64,000 bases of DNA, from the IMG/VR virus record IMGVR_UViG_3300021356_000016, positions 1,374-65,373 of that record. One strand, written 5' to 3'. Numbering within the stretch: the first letter of the stretch is position 1; each line of letters starts with the position of its first letter. Source of the stretch: a virus. Taxonomy: Duplodnaviria > Caudoviricetes. The position numbers and the translations under genes are program-made. Shown piece after piece: positions 29,435-38,467 of the stretch. The notes below the pieces were generated by a model. The model did no database searches, was not told the origin of the DNA, and was given only the letters and a program-made list of their open reading frames with translations.

Positions 29435-31248
29435 TTCAATGCAACCTCGTATTCAGTTTCTAGTTTAGGAACATCCTTACGCTCAGCATACACATGATAG
29501 AAGTATCTCAATGAATCACTTTTATTGTTACCCACGTGTATTCGATTGTTATTTATTTCCTTCACAAACAATTCTTGATAGAAACCGTTGGGAGTAAGTT
29601 CTACTGTGATTGTTTCTTCGTCGATTAAGTTGATCCAGTAATCAGGTAGTTCGATTACGTTTTGTGAGCTTTTACCTCGAACATACACACCATTTTCTGG
29701 TCCTTCCAACGATGCGTATTGGAGCATGTGATGCTCTTTTGTAGGATGTTTGATTAAGAATGATTTTGTTGTTGCTTGTATGTGACCAATGACAGTTAAC
29801 GTGTTTGCGCCATAATCAAACTTGAAAGCAGGTGTTCCCATTATTTGATTGTTCGAAGTCCATATGCTTACTTCAGTATTTGCTGCATACGCATATGAGG
29901 TAGTTCCATTTGCAGATATATCACCTGTGCCACCACCGCCACCTCCCGTAGCAGTAAACGTGATAGTATCAGTTGCTGCGTCTGTTGTGATAGTCATGTT
30001 TGAGCCAGCAACAAACGTCAACGTATCATCGTCTGTCTCGGCTACAACTGAGTCTTGTCCTGAAACTGCAATAGTAGAAAACGTGTTTGATTCAGAAGCA
30101 ACAACACTGGCAGCAAATGTAATCGTATCTGTGCTAGCATCTGTTGTGATAGTCATGTTTGAACCAGCAACAAATGTTAATGTGTCGTCATCCGTTTCTG
30201 CTACAACTGAATCTTGTCCTGAAACTGCAAATGTAGAAAAGGTATTTGACTCAGGAGAAGTTGCAGTAGAAGTAAACGTAATCGTATCTGTGCCTTCTTC
30301 TGTTGTGATGGTCATGTTTGAGCCAGCAACAAACGTTAACGTATCATTAACTGCATCGGCTACAACCGAATCTTGTCCTGCAACAGCAATACTTGCGAAT
30401 ACATTTTGTGAAGGAAAAACAATCGATCCTAACTCAAATGTTATTGTGTTTGAGGAAGGAGCAGTGCTAATATTTATTCCATTGCTTCCAACAAATGCTA
30501 ATGTGCTATCTCCATTTGCTGCGTATAAAGTACTTTGACCAGAAACAGTAAATGTCGTAAAAGCGTTTGTAGCTGGTGATGCTCCTCCGCCCCCTGCGCC
30601 CCATTCAGTATTACCACTTGCATTTTGTAGTATCAGTGCTTGTCCAACAGTGCCTAACACATTTGGAAGTTTTATTGTGTATGATGTATCTAAGTTATCA
30701 GGGCCGCTTATTCCTACAAACTCATTTCTATCCGTATCAAAAAAGCGAGCAACACCAGGTCCGTCAACATTTGGTCCAATGACACGAACAACACCTTCTG
30801 TTGAAGGTGTCGAAGTATTCGCACTGTCCGTATTTGCATATGTGTTATAGTTACCTGGACGTAGTTCTATGTCTCCGCCTTTTGTGTCAGCGTGGAATAC
30901 AACGTTTGCTCCTGAACCTGCTTGCAAAACAATGGGTGCACCATTAACAGTGCTACCTGCCTGATTTGACTGGCCCATGTTTACAATCAAACCGTTTGCA
31001 GCGAGTGTCATAACACTCTGTACGTTGGAATATCCAGGTATTGAGTTTCCTACAAAGAATCGAAGCACATCTTCGTCTTCAGATACCTCAGGGTCCATGC
31101 CAGTATCTTTATCGGCATCAAACGTAGCACCGCCATCTCCAGACCCAGTTCCTTTTGTTAGGTCAAGGTAACGGAAGTTATCGTCTAACTCTTGATAAGT
31201 TAACGCACTACCTTTTTCTAATCTATATGTAATCGTGTTGGCAACCAC
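29425..31248 (-). CDS. Tail fibre protein with ~54-aa tandem repeats
   Basis: RLEKGSALTYQELDDNF fibre N-terminus (GTG start at 31248 inferred). AVSGQDSVVA.TDDDTLTFVAGSNMTITT repeats. C-terminal KSFLIKHP...LEGPENGVYVRG...YAERKD domain. Confidence 0.8.
   Translation of the reverse strand: MVANTITYRLEKGSALTYQELDDNFRYLDLTKGTGSGDGGATFDADKDTGMDPEVSEDEDVLRFFVGNSIPGYSNVQSVMTLAANGLIVNMGQSNQAGSTVNGAPIVLQAGSGANVVFHADTKGGDIELRPGNYNTYANTDSANTSTPSTEGVVRVIGPNVDGPGVARFFDTDRNEFVGISGPDNLDTSYTIKLPNVLGTVGQALILQNASGNTEWGAGGGGASPATNAFTTFTVSGQSTLYAANGDSTLAFVGSNGINISTAPSSNTITFELGSIVFPSQNVFASIAVAGQDSVVADAVNDTLTFVAGSNMTITTEEGTDTITFTSTATSPESNTFSTFAVSGQDSVVAETDDDTLTFVAGSNMTITTDASTDTITFAASVVASESNTFSTIAVSGQDSVVAETDDDTLTFVAGSNMTITTDAATDTITFTATGGGGGGTGDISANGTTSYAYAANTEVSIWTSNNQIMGTPAFKFDYGANTLTVIGHIQATTKSFLIKHPTKEHHMLQYASLEGPENGVYVRGKSSQNVIELPDYWINLIDEETITVELTPNGFYQELFVKEINNNRIHVGNNKSDSLRYFYHVYAERKDVPKLETEYEVALKWL
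29955..30565 (-). repeat. Coding tandem repeats, three strong plus one degenerate ~160-nt units
   Basis: Recurring NTFSTIAVSGQDSVVAETDDDTLTFVAGSNMTITTDA-TDTITF. Confidence 0.85.
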
Positions 31249-31772
31249 TACAAGCAATCCTTAAACGTTTTTGGTGGTGAAGGAACTACAGAATCAGGAT
31301 CTGTAATAGGTTCATCGAATACCACTGATGTTAACGATGCAACGTTCGGTAAATCCGGTATTACTTCTGGTTGTAAAACTGGCGCATCAGGTGGACCACA
31401 TATAAACTTATCTTCTATACCTGAGGCTTCGCCTGAGAAATCCCCCTCAGCATTTACATACACACCGACGTAAGAAAATAAGCAAGCATCATTTGGATCA
31501 GCTGGGTTTATAGGATAAACATTTGTAGGCAACCCAGGTTGTGGTGCTACATATTCTGTAGCATAGCCTTCTTGATACTCGCCGTCGTAACCAGATACGT
31601 ATTCAAATAACTCCTTTTCTGGATCCGTAAGTAAATCTTCTTCCTCATTAAACTGAGGCACAGAAAAGTCAGCATTAAACTTGTCGATTAACTCTTGATA
31701 CAAAACAAGATTGTTTGCAGCGTAAGCTGTTCCTATTTCTTGTAGTCTTGTTTCGTACTGTATATCAGGCAT
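31248..31772 (-). CDS. Acidic hypothetical protein next to PAAR
   Basis: 174 aa, coupled on both sides within the late operon. Confidence 0.6.
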   Translation of the reverse strand: MPDIQYETRLQEIGTAYAANNLVLYQELIDKFNADFSVPQFNEEEDLLTDPEKELFEYVSGYDGEYQEGYATEYVAPQPGLPTNVYPINPADPNDACLFSYVGVYVNAEGDFSGEASGIEDKFICGPPDAPVLQPEVIPDLPNVASLTSVVFDEPITDPDSVVPSPPKTFKDCL

Positions 31773-32131
31773 TAGTCTGGACTCGGTACTTTCTTATAAC
31801 TGTCATCACCATTTACAAATACGTTATCAGAAGCAGTCAATGCGAAGTTTGGTATCCATGAGTCATGCCCACCTGTTGCGTCCCATTTACGATGAACACG
31901 AATATTGTTTGCATAAACGTCAGGCGATGCTTCTGCTGCAGGATCGGTGCAAAATGTAATATCGCCTAAACGTACAGCGCCATAGTTATCTCCACTTCCA
32001 TTCAATGTTTCAGGATCGTTCACAAATACATTAGGAGATGATGTTGCGTATTGTGTACGATGAAACGGTGCAGGTGAAAATGAAGGATGTCCTAAGTGAC
32101 AATCCAAAATTCTTCTTACTTGTCCTGGCAT
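31772..32131 (-). CDS. gp5.4: PAAR-like spike tip gp5.4
   Basis: Directly after gp5. SPNVFVN, AVRLGDITFC, SPDVYAN, SDNVFVNG repeats with His/Cys metal ligands. Confidence 0.85.
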   Translation of the reverse strand: MPGQVRRILDCHLGHPSFSPAPFHRTQYATSSPNVFVNDPETLNGSGDNYGAVRLGDITFCTDPAAEASPDVYANNIRVHRKWDATGGHDSWIPNFALTASDNVFVNGDDSYKKVPSPD

Positions 32132-32132
32132 A

Positions 32133-33068
32133 CTAATCTCCTGTTACAGGTCTGTCGGAAGGTTGTGAGTTGAAGAATATGTTTCCGTCGCCTCTAAGGT
32201 TACCTGCTCCACTGTCAATAGTAATGTTATCTATAGAATCAATGTCTATTTTCTTTGCAACATCAATCGTTAAGTTGCCGTCAACCTGTATGTCCCAATC
32301 ACCTTTTACATAAGTAGTAGCTTTACTATCGATTGTTATATTGCAACTTCCTTTGACATAACAGTAATCATCACCTGCAACTATCTCATAGTTGTTCTTG
32401 ACTACTCTTGTAACCTTTGTTCCTTCTTCATCGATTTCGTAAAAGGTTCCTTTTTTATGATACTCATGGATCCTTTCATGTTCTTCCGTATCATCGTATT
32501 CTCTTATGTGTCCAGATTCTGATTCATAAACGTGATTGTAAGGATATGAAGCATCGTATGGACTTGTGGGTTGATCCCACTCATCGTTCCTTAAGTTTAA
32601 AGCCCGATCAACGTTTTTTTCTCGTGAATCTTCTTTATCTTTTAGTACCTCATGCTTGTACTCATCATCATTTCTTGCGAGACGATTTACATCAGGTTCA
32701 CTTATTCTCTCTTGCCTTGGATACTTTTCGTTTGGATCATTGAATCCTGCACTACCAGCGGGACCTTGTAAAGGAATACCTGCAAGTGTTCCCATAACAA
32801 CTGGACGCTGTCCTTCAACACCATCCAACCAAAAACCAACACACCACGTTCCTTCAACGATTCCAGTTGGTGAATGACCAACATCACTTATTGCAGCCGA
32901 TGTGATTTGCTGTAAAGGTTGCGCCCAAGGAAGATCTTCTGTCTTAATCATTCCTTTATCTGCTGTATGATGAGAATATATTCTCACACGAACACGACCT
33001 AACTTGATTGGATCATTCCTATCCTCAACAACTCCTATCCACCAGTTAAAAGTTTCTCCTATCTGCAT
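32133..33068 (-). CDS. gp5: Baseplate hub/spike gp5 (OB fold plus beta-helix, no lysozyme domain)
   Basis: WWIGVVEDRNDPIKLGRVRVRI, LPWA, YPYNHVYESESGHIREYDDT, ERIHEYHKKGTFYEI. Confidence 0.92.
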   Translation of the reverse strand: MQIGETFNWWIGVVEDRNDPIKLGRVRVRIYSHHTADKGMIKTEDLPWAQPLQQITSAAISDVGHSPTGIVEGTWCVGFWLDGVEGQRPVVMGTLAGIPLQGPAGSAGFNDPNEKYPRQERISEPDVNRLARNDDEYKHEVLKDKEDSREKNVDRALNLRNDEWDQPTSPYDASYPYNHVYESESGHIREYDDTEEHERIHEYHKKGTFYEIDEEGTKVTRVVKNNYEIVAGDDYCYVKGSCNITIDSKATTYVKGDWDIQVDGNLTIDVAKKIDIDSIDNITIDSGAGNLRGDGNIFFNSQPSDRPVTGD

Positions 33069-33070
33069 GT

Positions 33071-34522
33071 TTAACCCTCAAATCCAGCATCATCTGTTTC
33101 AACTTGACCTTCTGCATATGTATCGCGAATGCATTCCAATGTAGTGAAAAACTTATCTTGTATTTTGTTGTACGTATGCTTCATTGCAGTGACCAAAAAT
33201 TTTCTATCGTTAAACAACAAGTTTGTTTGTGTAGCATATTCTTTAAAGCTAGAACTTTGAGGAACAACAATATTTATCATGGTGCCTACATCTAACTCTA
33301 CATTGCCTGGTATAGTTATCTCAATGATGATGTTGTTTAACTGTTGTCTTGATGCAATGTCATACTTCAAAAACTTGTGTGCTACTCTAGGAAACTTAAT
33401 CTGATTGTCTGTGTTTTTTCCTTTCTGTACGTACTGCGTACTCAGGTATTCTTGATCAAAGTTTGTTACCATGAAGTGTTTGATTGTGTTTGCTTCTTTT
33501 TCTTTATACAAAGAACGCTTCGTGTAAAATCTCTGATCTTGCATGTGTCCTAACTTATCAAAGTCATCTTCGTATAGAAACACATCACTCTTGAATGTCT
33601 TGATAATCGGATCAATCGAATCGACTTGGTTGTTATACATACCAGTTCTCACGTTCTGCAATGCATCAAACTGACCTACCATGTTAAACTTTTCTATCTT
33701 TTGATAAGCATATACTTCTTCGATTGGATCATCAAAATCTCCACCGACAAGTCTTGTTGTTGACTTTGATGGTTTTTCACTTAACGATCTTCTTGCCTGT
33801 ACAGTTGAAGGCGCATAGTAAAACGTGTCTTTTGGAAAAGGTTTTTGTTGCAACAAACTATCTAACGTTTTGAAGTGCCATTCCTTATTGTCTTTATGTG
33901 TTTCATAGAATAGAAAGTTTGATCCTTTTTTGTTTTCGTTTTTTGCTTCACCTTCTTTGCAAAGATAGTCGATTATCTCAAAAGGTTTTTGTGTAGGAAA
34001 CACCCATGCTTTCTTTTCCTTTGTCTCCTGTATACTTAACGAAGGAGAACTTTCAAGTATCGCTTCACCATATTCACTTGCAGTTGGTCTCAGATACTCA
34101 TTGTATATTTGACTAATAACTTCCGATGCTTTTAAGTTTGTATAGGAACGTGAAACCATTTTTCTATGGTTTGATATTGTCTCAGGTGTAATGCCGTGCA
34201 ATAAATATGATTCTGTCCGTGAATCGTTTTTTGTTCGATTATCTATTTTGTATACTCGAAACGTATACAACATTGAGAAAGGATCATCTGAGTTATCTGT
34301 GAACTCAAGTATCATAGACTCATCACCAACAATAGGAACTAACTCAATCAATCCGTTTGAATCTTCTATGAGCATCTCAATCTTCGTACCTTGAGCAAAT
34401 AGATCATGGTAAACATTGAACTCAACCATGACGTGACGAAGATCTAAAAGTTCTTCCCTATAGTTCGTGAGCAGGCATCTTTCTAACTTGAGTATGCCAG
34501 GACGATACGGTGGAAGTGCCAT
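33071..34522 (-). CDS. Probable baseplate hub protein (gp27-like)
   Basis: Lies between gp53 and gp5. LIELVPIVGDE, FLFYET, FKTLDSL, ITIPGN..LDVG, FLVTAMKH hub-like motifs. Confidence 0.65.
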   Translation of the reverse strand: MALPPYRPGILKLERCLLTNYREELLDLRHVMVEFNVYHDLFAQGTKIEMLIEDSNGLIELVPIVGDESMILEFTDNSDDPFSMLYTFRVYKIDNRTKNDSRTESYLLHGITPETISNHRKMVSRSYTNLKASEVISQIYNEYLRPTASEYGEAILESSPSLSIQETKEKKAWVFPTQKPFEIIDYLCKEGEAKNENKKGSNFLFYETHKDNKEWHFKTLDSLLQQKPFPKDTFYYAPSTVQARRSLSEKPSKSTTRLVGGDFDDPIEEVYAYQKIEKFNMVGQFDALQNVRTGMYNNQVDSIDPIIKTFKSDVFLYEDDFDKLGHMQDQRFYTKRSLYKEKEANTIKHFMVTNFDQEYLSTQYVQKGKNTDNQIKFPRVAHKFLKYDIASRQQLNNIIIEITIPGNVELDVGTMINIVVPQSSSFKEYATQTNLLFNDRKFLVTAMKHTYNKIQDKFFTTLECIRDTYAEGQVETDDAGFEG

Positions 34523-35091
34523 TATCTAAATATCACTCTTTGTTGACGAAGGATTCCAGGAATGAACTCTTTTCTCACGATTTTGATTTCTCGTTTGTCG
34601 TCATTTTTTCTTAATTCATAATCATAGTTACTTACTTCTCTTTTGAGGGAAGCATCTCCTATAGAATTGTATGTGTCCAAATCTATTTGTAATGTTTTTT
34701 CTTTAATGATTGTTCCATCAGATAATCGTTGACCTTTGCGAAGTATTTGCTCATAATGGTGCACTTGACTTTGTGCTGTTCCAATGTTTCCATATTTTCC
34801 TTTAATGAATTCCACTAAGTCTAACTGCGTTAAAGGCCAATCATACTGTGGATCAATGATGTTATTTGCCATGTAGATAATCCAATCCAATGTCACATCG
34901 TCATAGTATCTGTCTGCAATAAACTGAGCTGTCTCGTGATCCTGTACTGTGTATGTATAGTAAGTCGCAGATCTAAGACCTAGTAAGTTTATCAACTTGT
35001 GACGAACTAATGGATTCTGTGTCTTTACTGTTATGTCATTTTTCAGCACATCATAATCTACAGTTGGATGGTATTGAAAATAGTGTGGCAT
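34522..35091 (-). CDS. gp53: Baseplate wedge gp53 (LysM-like)
   Basis: YFQYHPTVDY, IADRYYDD...WIIYMANNIIDPQYDWPL, VSNYDYE..NDDKREIK. Confidence 0.9.
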   Translation of the reverse strand: MPHYFQYHPTVDYDVLKNDITVKTQNPLVRHKLINLLGLRSATYYTYTVQDHETAQFIADRYYDDVTLDWIIYMANNIIDPQYDWPLTQLDLVEFIKGKYGNIGTAQSQVHHYEQILRKGQRLSDGTIIKEKTLQIDLDTYNSIGDASLKREVSNYDYELRKNDDKREIKIVRKEFIPGILRQQRVIFR

Positions 35092-35095
35092 ACTT

Positions 35096-36049
35096 TTACC
35101 TATTGTAATCCTGGATTTCTTTCTTTGTTATGATAGCAATTTCTTGGAATGTAGCATTTATCGTAACGGAAACAGGAGCTTTTCCTGTGCTTCCACCAGT
35201 ATCATCACCTTCAGATATTTCATGGTACATTGCACGACCTTCACCATGATAGTTTACTTCAAATGAAGTGCAAACAGATGGTGCGATGTTGTATAGGTAT
35301 TCATCGTAATGAAAGTCAATGTCAAACTGTTCAGGGTATTGAAAGAAGGTACTGTTTGTTCCTTCCATACCAGGAGCAGAATGAAACTTGAATGTCTTGA
35401 TTATATCTTTTAAAAGTGTAGATTCTTTAGCACTTTTTGGTATTAGCTTCCAACTAAACTGATGTGTTCTCATTTCAGGTGCAGTGTAAAGCGTTGCCAT
35501 GAATGGATTGATCGCAACACCTTGCCCAGCAATAGCACCTTTTACAAATTGACCTCCGATAGTTCCACCAATGCCTCCTGTTATTGCACCAATAGTTCCA
35601 CCTAATCCACCTCCTGCTGCAGCCCCAAGGGCAGTACCTGCTTCAGATAATGCTTGTGCTCCATAATATCCAGTTCCTCCTTTAAATCCATCCTTGATTG
35701 TCTGTGCTGCTCCGCTGACGTTTTTAACAAAGGATGAAAAATCCGTACTTTTATCAATTACTCCTATTATATCATTACCAGCACTTGCCCCTGCTACACC
35801 AGCCAATCCAATCGCTTCATTGGAATACTGTTGAGAATATTGTGTGCCAAGATTGTCTGGTAAAGGCAGGAATATACGTGCAATATCGTTTGCAGTTTCA
35901 AAATCAGCTTTCTTACGAAGCTCTGGCTTGTTTACTCTAAAAACCATCCAATGATCTATCTGATTTAAGTTATCAGGAAAGACAAGATTGTTAGTTCCTG
36001 ATGTTCCAGATAAACTATTTGTTAGATCGTTAAATCCTGCAGTAGGCAT
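35096..36049 (-). CDS. gp48: Baseplate tail tube cap gp48
   Basis: IFLPLP, INPFMATLY..PEMRTHQFSWKLIPKS.KES, YPEQFDI, TFQEIAIITK. Confidence 0.85.
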   Translation of the reverse strand: MPTAGFNDLTNSLSGTSGTNNLVFPDNLNQIDHWMVFRVNKPELRKKADFETANDIARIFLPLPDNLGTQYSQQYSNEAIGLAGVAGASAGNDIIGVIDKSTDFSSFVKNVSGAAQTIKDGFKGGTGYYGAQALSEAGTALGAAAGGGLGGTIGAITGGIGGTIGGQFVKGAIAGQGVAINPFMATLYTAPEMRTHQFSWKLIPKSAKESTLLKDIIKTFKFHSAPGMEGTNSTFFQYPEQFDIDFHYDEYLYNIAPSVCTSFEVNYHGEGRAMYHEISEGDDTGGSTGKAPVSVTINATFQEIAIITKKEIQDYNR

Positions 36050-36082
36050 AAATAAATCCTATTAGTTTTTTCTATATTTATA
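36047..36082. promoter_or_regulatory. Divergent late promoters (CATAAATA on plus for gp4; TATAAATA on minus for gp48)
   Basis: CATAAATA at 36047-36054 (+) and TATAAATA at 36075-36082 (-) in the gp48/gp4 gap. Confidence 0.7.
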
Positions 36083-36086
36083 AAGC

Positions 36087-36533
36087 ATGGCGACATATAG
36101 ACAAGGCAAATTCAGGATAAAAAATAGAAGTAAGTACAAAGGAAATCCAAACGATATTGTATACCGTTCTGGGTGGGAACTTAAGTTTATGAAGTTCTGT
36201 GACACAAAGGATCATGTATTGAAGTGGTCATCAGAAGAAGTTGTTGTTCCCTACAAAAGTCCTATTGATGGAAGGTGGCATCGATACTTTACAGACTTCT
36301 ACTTAAAGGTCCGCACAAAAACTGGTGCTATTGAAGAATGGATTGTTGAGATCAAACCAAAGAAACAAACACAACCTCCAAAAAAACAAAAACGTCAAAC
36401 AAAAAGATACATCAATGAAGTTATGCGATGGGGAATCAATGAAGCAAAATGGAAAGCAGCTGAAAGATTCTGTGGTGATAACGGAATGAAGTTTGTCATA
36501 CTGACAGAAAAAGAACTAAACATCAATCCTTGA
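36087..36533 (+). CDS. gp4: Head completion nuclease gp4 (TnsA-like)
   Basis: KYKGNPNDIVYRSGWELKFM, WSSEEVVVPY.SP.DGRWHRYFTDF, EIKPKKQT, NEAKWKAA. Confidence 0.93.
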   Translation: MATYRQGKFRIKNRSKYKGNPNDIVYRSGWELKFMKFCDTKDHVLKWSSEEVVVPYKSPIDGRWHRYFTDFYLKVRTKTGAIEEWIVEIKPKKQTQPPKKQKRQTKRYINEVMRWGINEAKWKAAERFCGDNGMKFVILTEKELNINP

Positions 36534-36541
36534 TATAAATA
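36534..36541 (+). promoter_or_regulatory. T4-type late promoter TATAAATA for gp2-gp54-gp26-gp51-tape measure
   Basis: Exact match immediately upstream of gp2. Confidence 0.7.
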
Positions 36542-36545
36542 GATC

Positions 36546-37130
36546 ATGGCGATTCAAACATTCGAAAAAATACTTGCGGCAGCAAGGCAAGCAAATAGAA
36601 ATCCAGGCCCACAGAGTGCGGACTGGTTTCGTGATATGGCGAGAAAAACAAGAACAGAACCAGATGTATTAATGCGAAATGCAGATGCAAGAAGATTGAC
36701 GTATCGACCTGAAGTTGGAAGAATGTATGCTTTCTTTTATGACCCAAAGTATAAGAAAACACTTCCATATTACGACACATTTCCATTGATATTTCCGATT
36801 GATACTGTACCTGGTGGTTTTATGGGTCTCAACTTTCATTACTTGCCTTACATGCTTCGTGCAAGACTAATGGACGCGTTGTATGATTTGCGAACAAATG
36901 ATGCGATCGATGAAAACACGCAGTTGAGAATGTCATACTCCTTGTTAAAAGGTTCAAGCAGATTTGATTTGTTTAAACCTGCATTAAAAAGATACTTAAA
37001 CTCCCATGTGAAATCTAGATTTGTTGAGATATTTGCAAACGAATGGGACATAGCATTAATGTTACCAATAGCAAGATTCGAAAAAGCCAATCAACAAACC
37101 GTTTGGAGGGATAGTAGAAATGCCGTTTAG
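36546..37130 (+). CDS. gp2: DNA end protector gp2
   Basis: GRMYAFFYDPKYKKTLPYYDTFPLIF, GLNFHYLP, KRYLNSHVKSRF. Confidence 0.93.
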   Translation: MAIQTFEKILAAARQANRNPGPQSADWFRDMARKTRTEPDVLMRNADARRLTYRPEVGRMYAFFYDPKYKKTLPYYDTFPLIFPIDTVPGGFMGLNFHYLPYMLRARLMDALYDLRTNDAIDENTQLRMSYSLLKGSSRFDLFKPALKRYLNSHVKSRFVEIFANEWDIALMLPIARFEKANQQTVWRDSRNAV

Positions 37131-37743
37131 CATAAACGATTTTCAAGGTCAAGTTGGAGGCAATGGTGGGTTTTCACTAGGCTATGAGTTTGAAGTCGTG
37201 ATACCAAATATAGTTGGTTTAGATACACAAACGAATCTTGGAACCAGTATTGCAGAAAACATGCGATTTAGAATCGATTCGTTTACTGTTCCTCCTCGTG
37301 CAATACAAGAAATTGATTACTTTACTTATGGTCCGCCAAGTAAAATTGGTGCGTTTGCAAACTATGTGCAGGCAGATATGAACATCATTTGCAGCCGAGA
37401 TTTAAAGGAACGTTTTTTCTTTATGAAATGGCAAGATTTGATTACCGGAAACCATCGTTTAAACAGCGGTGACTTCGATGAATCAAGAAAGTCATTTGAC
37501 ATTGGTTATTACAACGACTACAGATCACAGAACATAAAGATCAATAAATATTCTGGCTTAGGAGATGATGGAAAAAATGCTTCTCCTATTTACACATGCA
37601 CATTGATTGATGCGTTTCCAAGTCTTGTTGGTGGTTTACAAATGAGCTGGGACAATACTGAAATCTTAAAACTACCTGTATCGATTACATATAGATATTT
37701 TGTAGAGGAGTCTGCATCTGCGGAATTAGAAACAAGAGGATGA
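37120..37743 (+). CDS. gp54: Tail tube paralogue, baseplate tube initiator (gp54-like)
   Basis: ERFFFMKWQDLI, YYNDY, LIDAFPSLVG.LQMSWD, LPVSITYRY tube-fold motifs. Confidence 0.7.
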   Translation: MPFSINDFQGQVGGNGGFSLGYEFEVVIPNIVGLDTQTNLGTSIAENMRFRIDSFTVPPRAIQEIDYFTYGPPSKIGAFANYVQADMNIICSRDLKERFFFMKWQDLITGNHRLNSGDFDESRKSFDIGYYNDYRSQNIKINKYSGLGDDGKNASPIYTCTLIDAFPSLVGGLQMSWDNTEILKLPVSITYRYFVEESASAELETRG

Positions 37744-37750
37744 AAATATT

Positions 37751-38467
37751 ATGGCTTTACCCAGTCTAGTAGCACCTGAATATGAAACGATTATACCATC
37801 GACGAAACAACCAATAAGATATAGACCTTTTTTGGTCAAGGAAGAAAAGATTCTATACTTAGCAATGGAATCTGGAGAAGAAAAAGAAATATTGCGTGCG
37901 TTAATGAACTTGCTTGATTCATGCATATTAGATGATGTTGATACGAATGTGTTGACAACGTATGATTTGGAATACTTGTTCTTAAACATACGTGCTAAAT
38001 CTGTAAACGATGTGATTGCATTAAATGCTAGACACAAAGATGATACTGATTGTGGGCACGTAACAAAGATTGAAGTTAAGATAGATGATATCAATATCGT
38101 TAACGATGAGGAACACATTTACAACTTGGTACTAGACGAAAAGACTGGATTAGGATTGGAGTTAAAAGATCCTGCAGCACTTGATCTAGGAGAAATCGCA
38201 GAAACAAAAGATGAGTTTGATGCTGTGTTTGGAATGGTATACAAATGTGTTAAACTAGTTTTTGATGAGAATAATGTTTATGATAGTTTTACAGAAAAGG
38301 AACTGAGGGAAAGCATTTTAGACAACTTGAACCAAGAACAGTTTGAAAAGCTAATGAAGTTTTTCAATACGTTGCCAAAGTTAAAGCATGAAGTTACATA
38401 CACCTGTCCTAAATGCGAAAAGGAAGAAACCATTGTTATAGAAGGATTACAAAGTTTTTTTACATAG
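37751..38467 (+). CDS. gp26: Baseplate hub assembly protein gp26
   Basis: MALP...YETIIPS...YRPFLVKEEKIL, DLEYLFLNIRAKSV, FFNTLPKL.H, CPKC, IEGLQSFF. Confidence 0.9.
   Translation: MALPSLVAPEYETIIPSTKQPIRYRPFLVKEEKILYLAMESGEEKEILRALMNLLDSCILDDVDTNVLTTYDLEYLFLNIRAKSVNDVIALNARHKDDTDCGHVTKIEVKIDDINIVNDEEHIYNLVLDEKTGLGLELKDPAALDLGEIAETKDEFDAVFGMVYKCVKLVFDENNVYDSFTEKELRESILDNLNQEQFEKLMKFFNTLPKLKHEVTYTCPKCEKEETIVIEGLQSFFT
38455..38461 (+). other. Candidate -1 ribosomal slippery heptamer T_TTT_TTT
   Basis: In frame as agT TTT TTT aca tag at the end of gp26. The -1 frame is the open gp51-like frame. SD-like GAAGGA at 38441-38446. Confidence 0.6.

Noticed and set aside
29955-30565. Regular repeats as a CRISPR array
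   Set aside because: They are in-frame coding repeats with synonymous variation and no unique spacers.
458-35940. Many plus-strand ORFs of 60-230 aa rich in P/S/V/A opposite the structural genes
   Set aside because: They are antisense shadows of long minus-strand genes with biased codons. No RBS or recognisable motifs.
38413-38454. ATG 38413 as the gp51 start
   Set aside because: No RBS, and the extra N-terminal residues (MRKGRNHCYRRITK) overlap conserved gp26 codons and do not look gp51-like.
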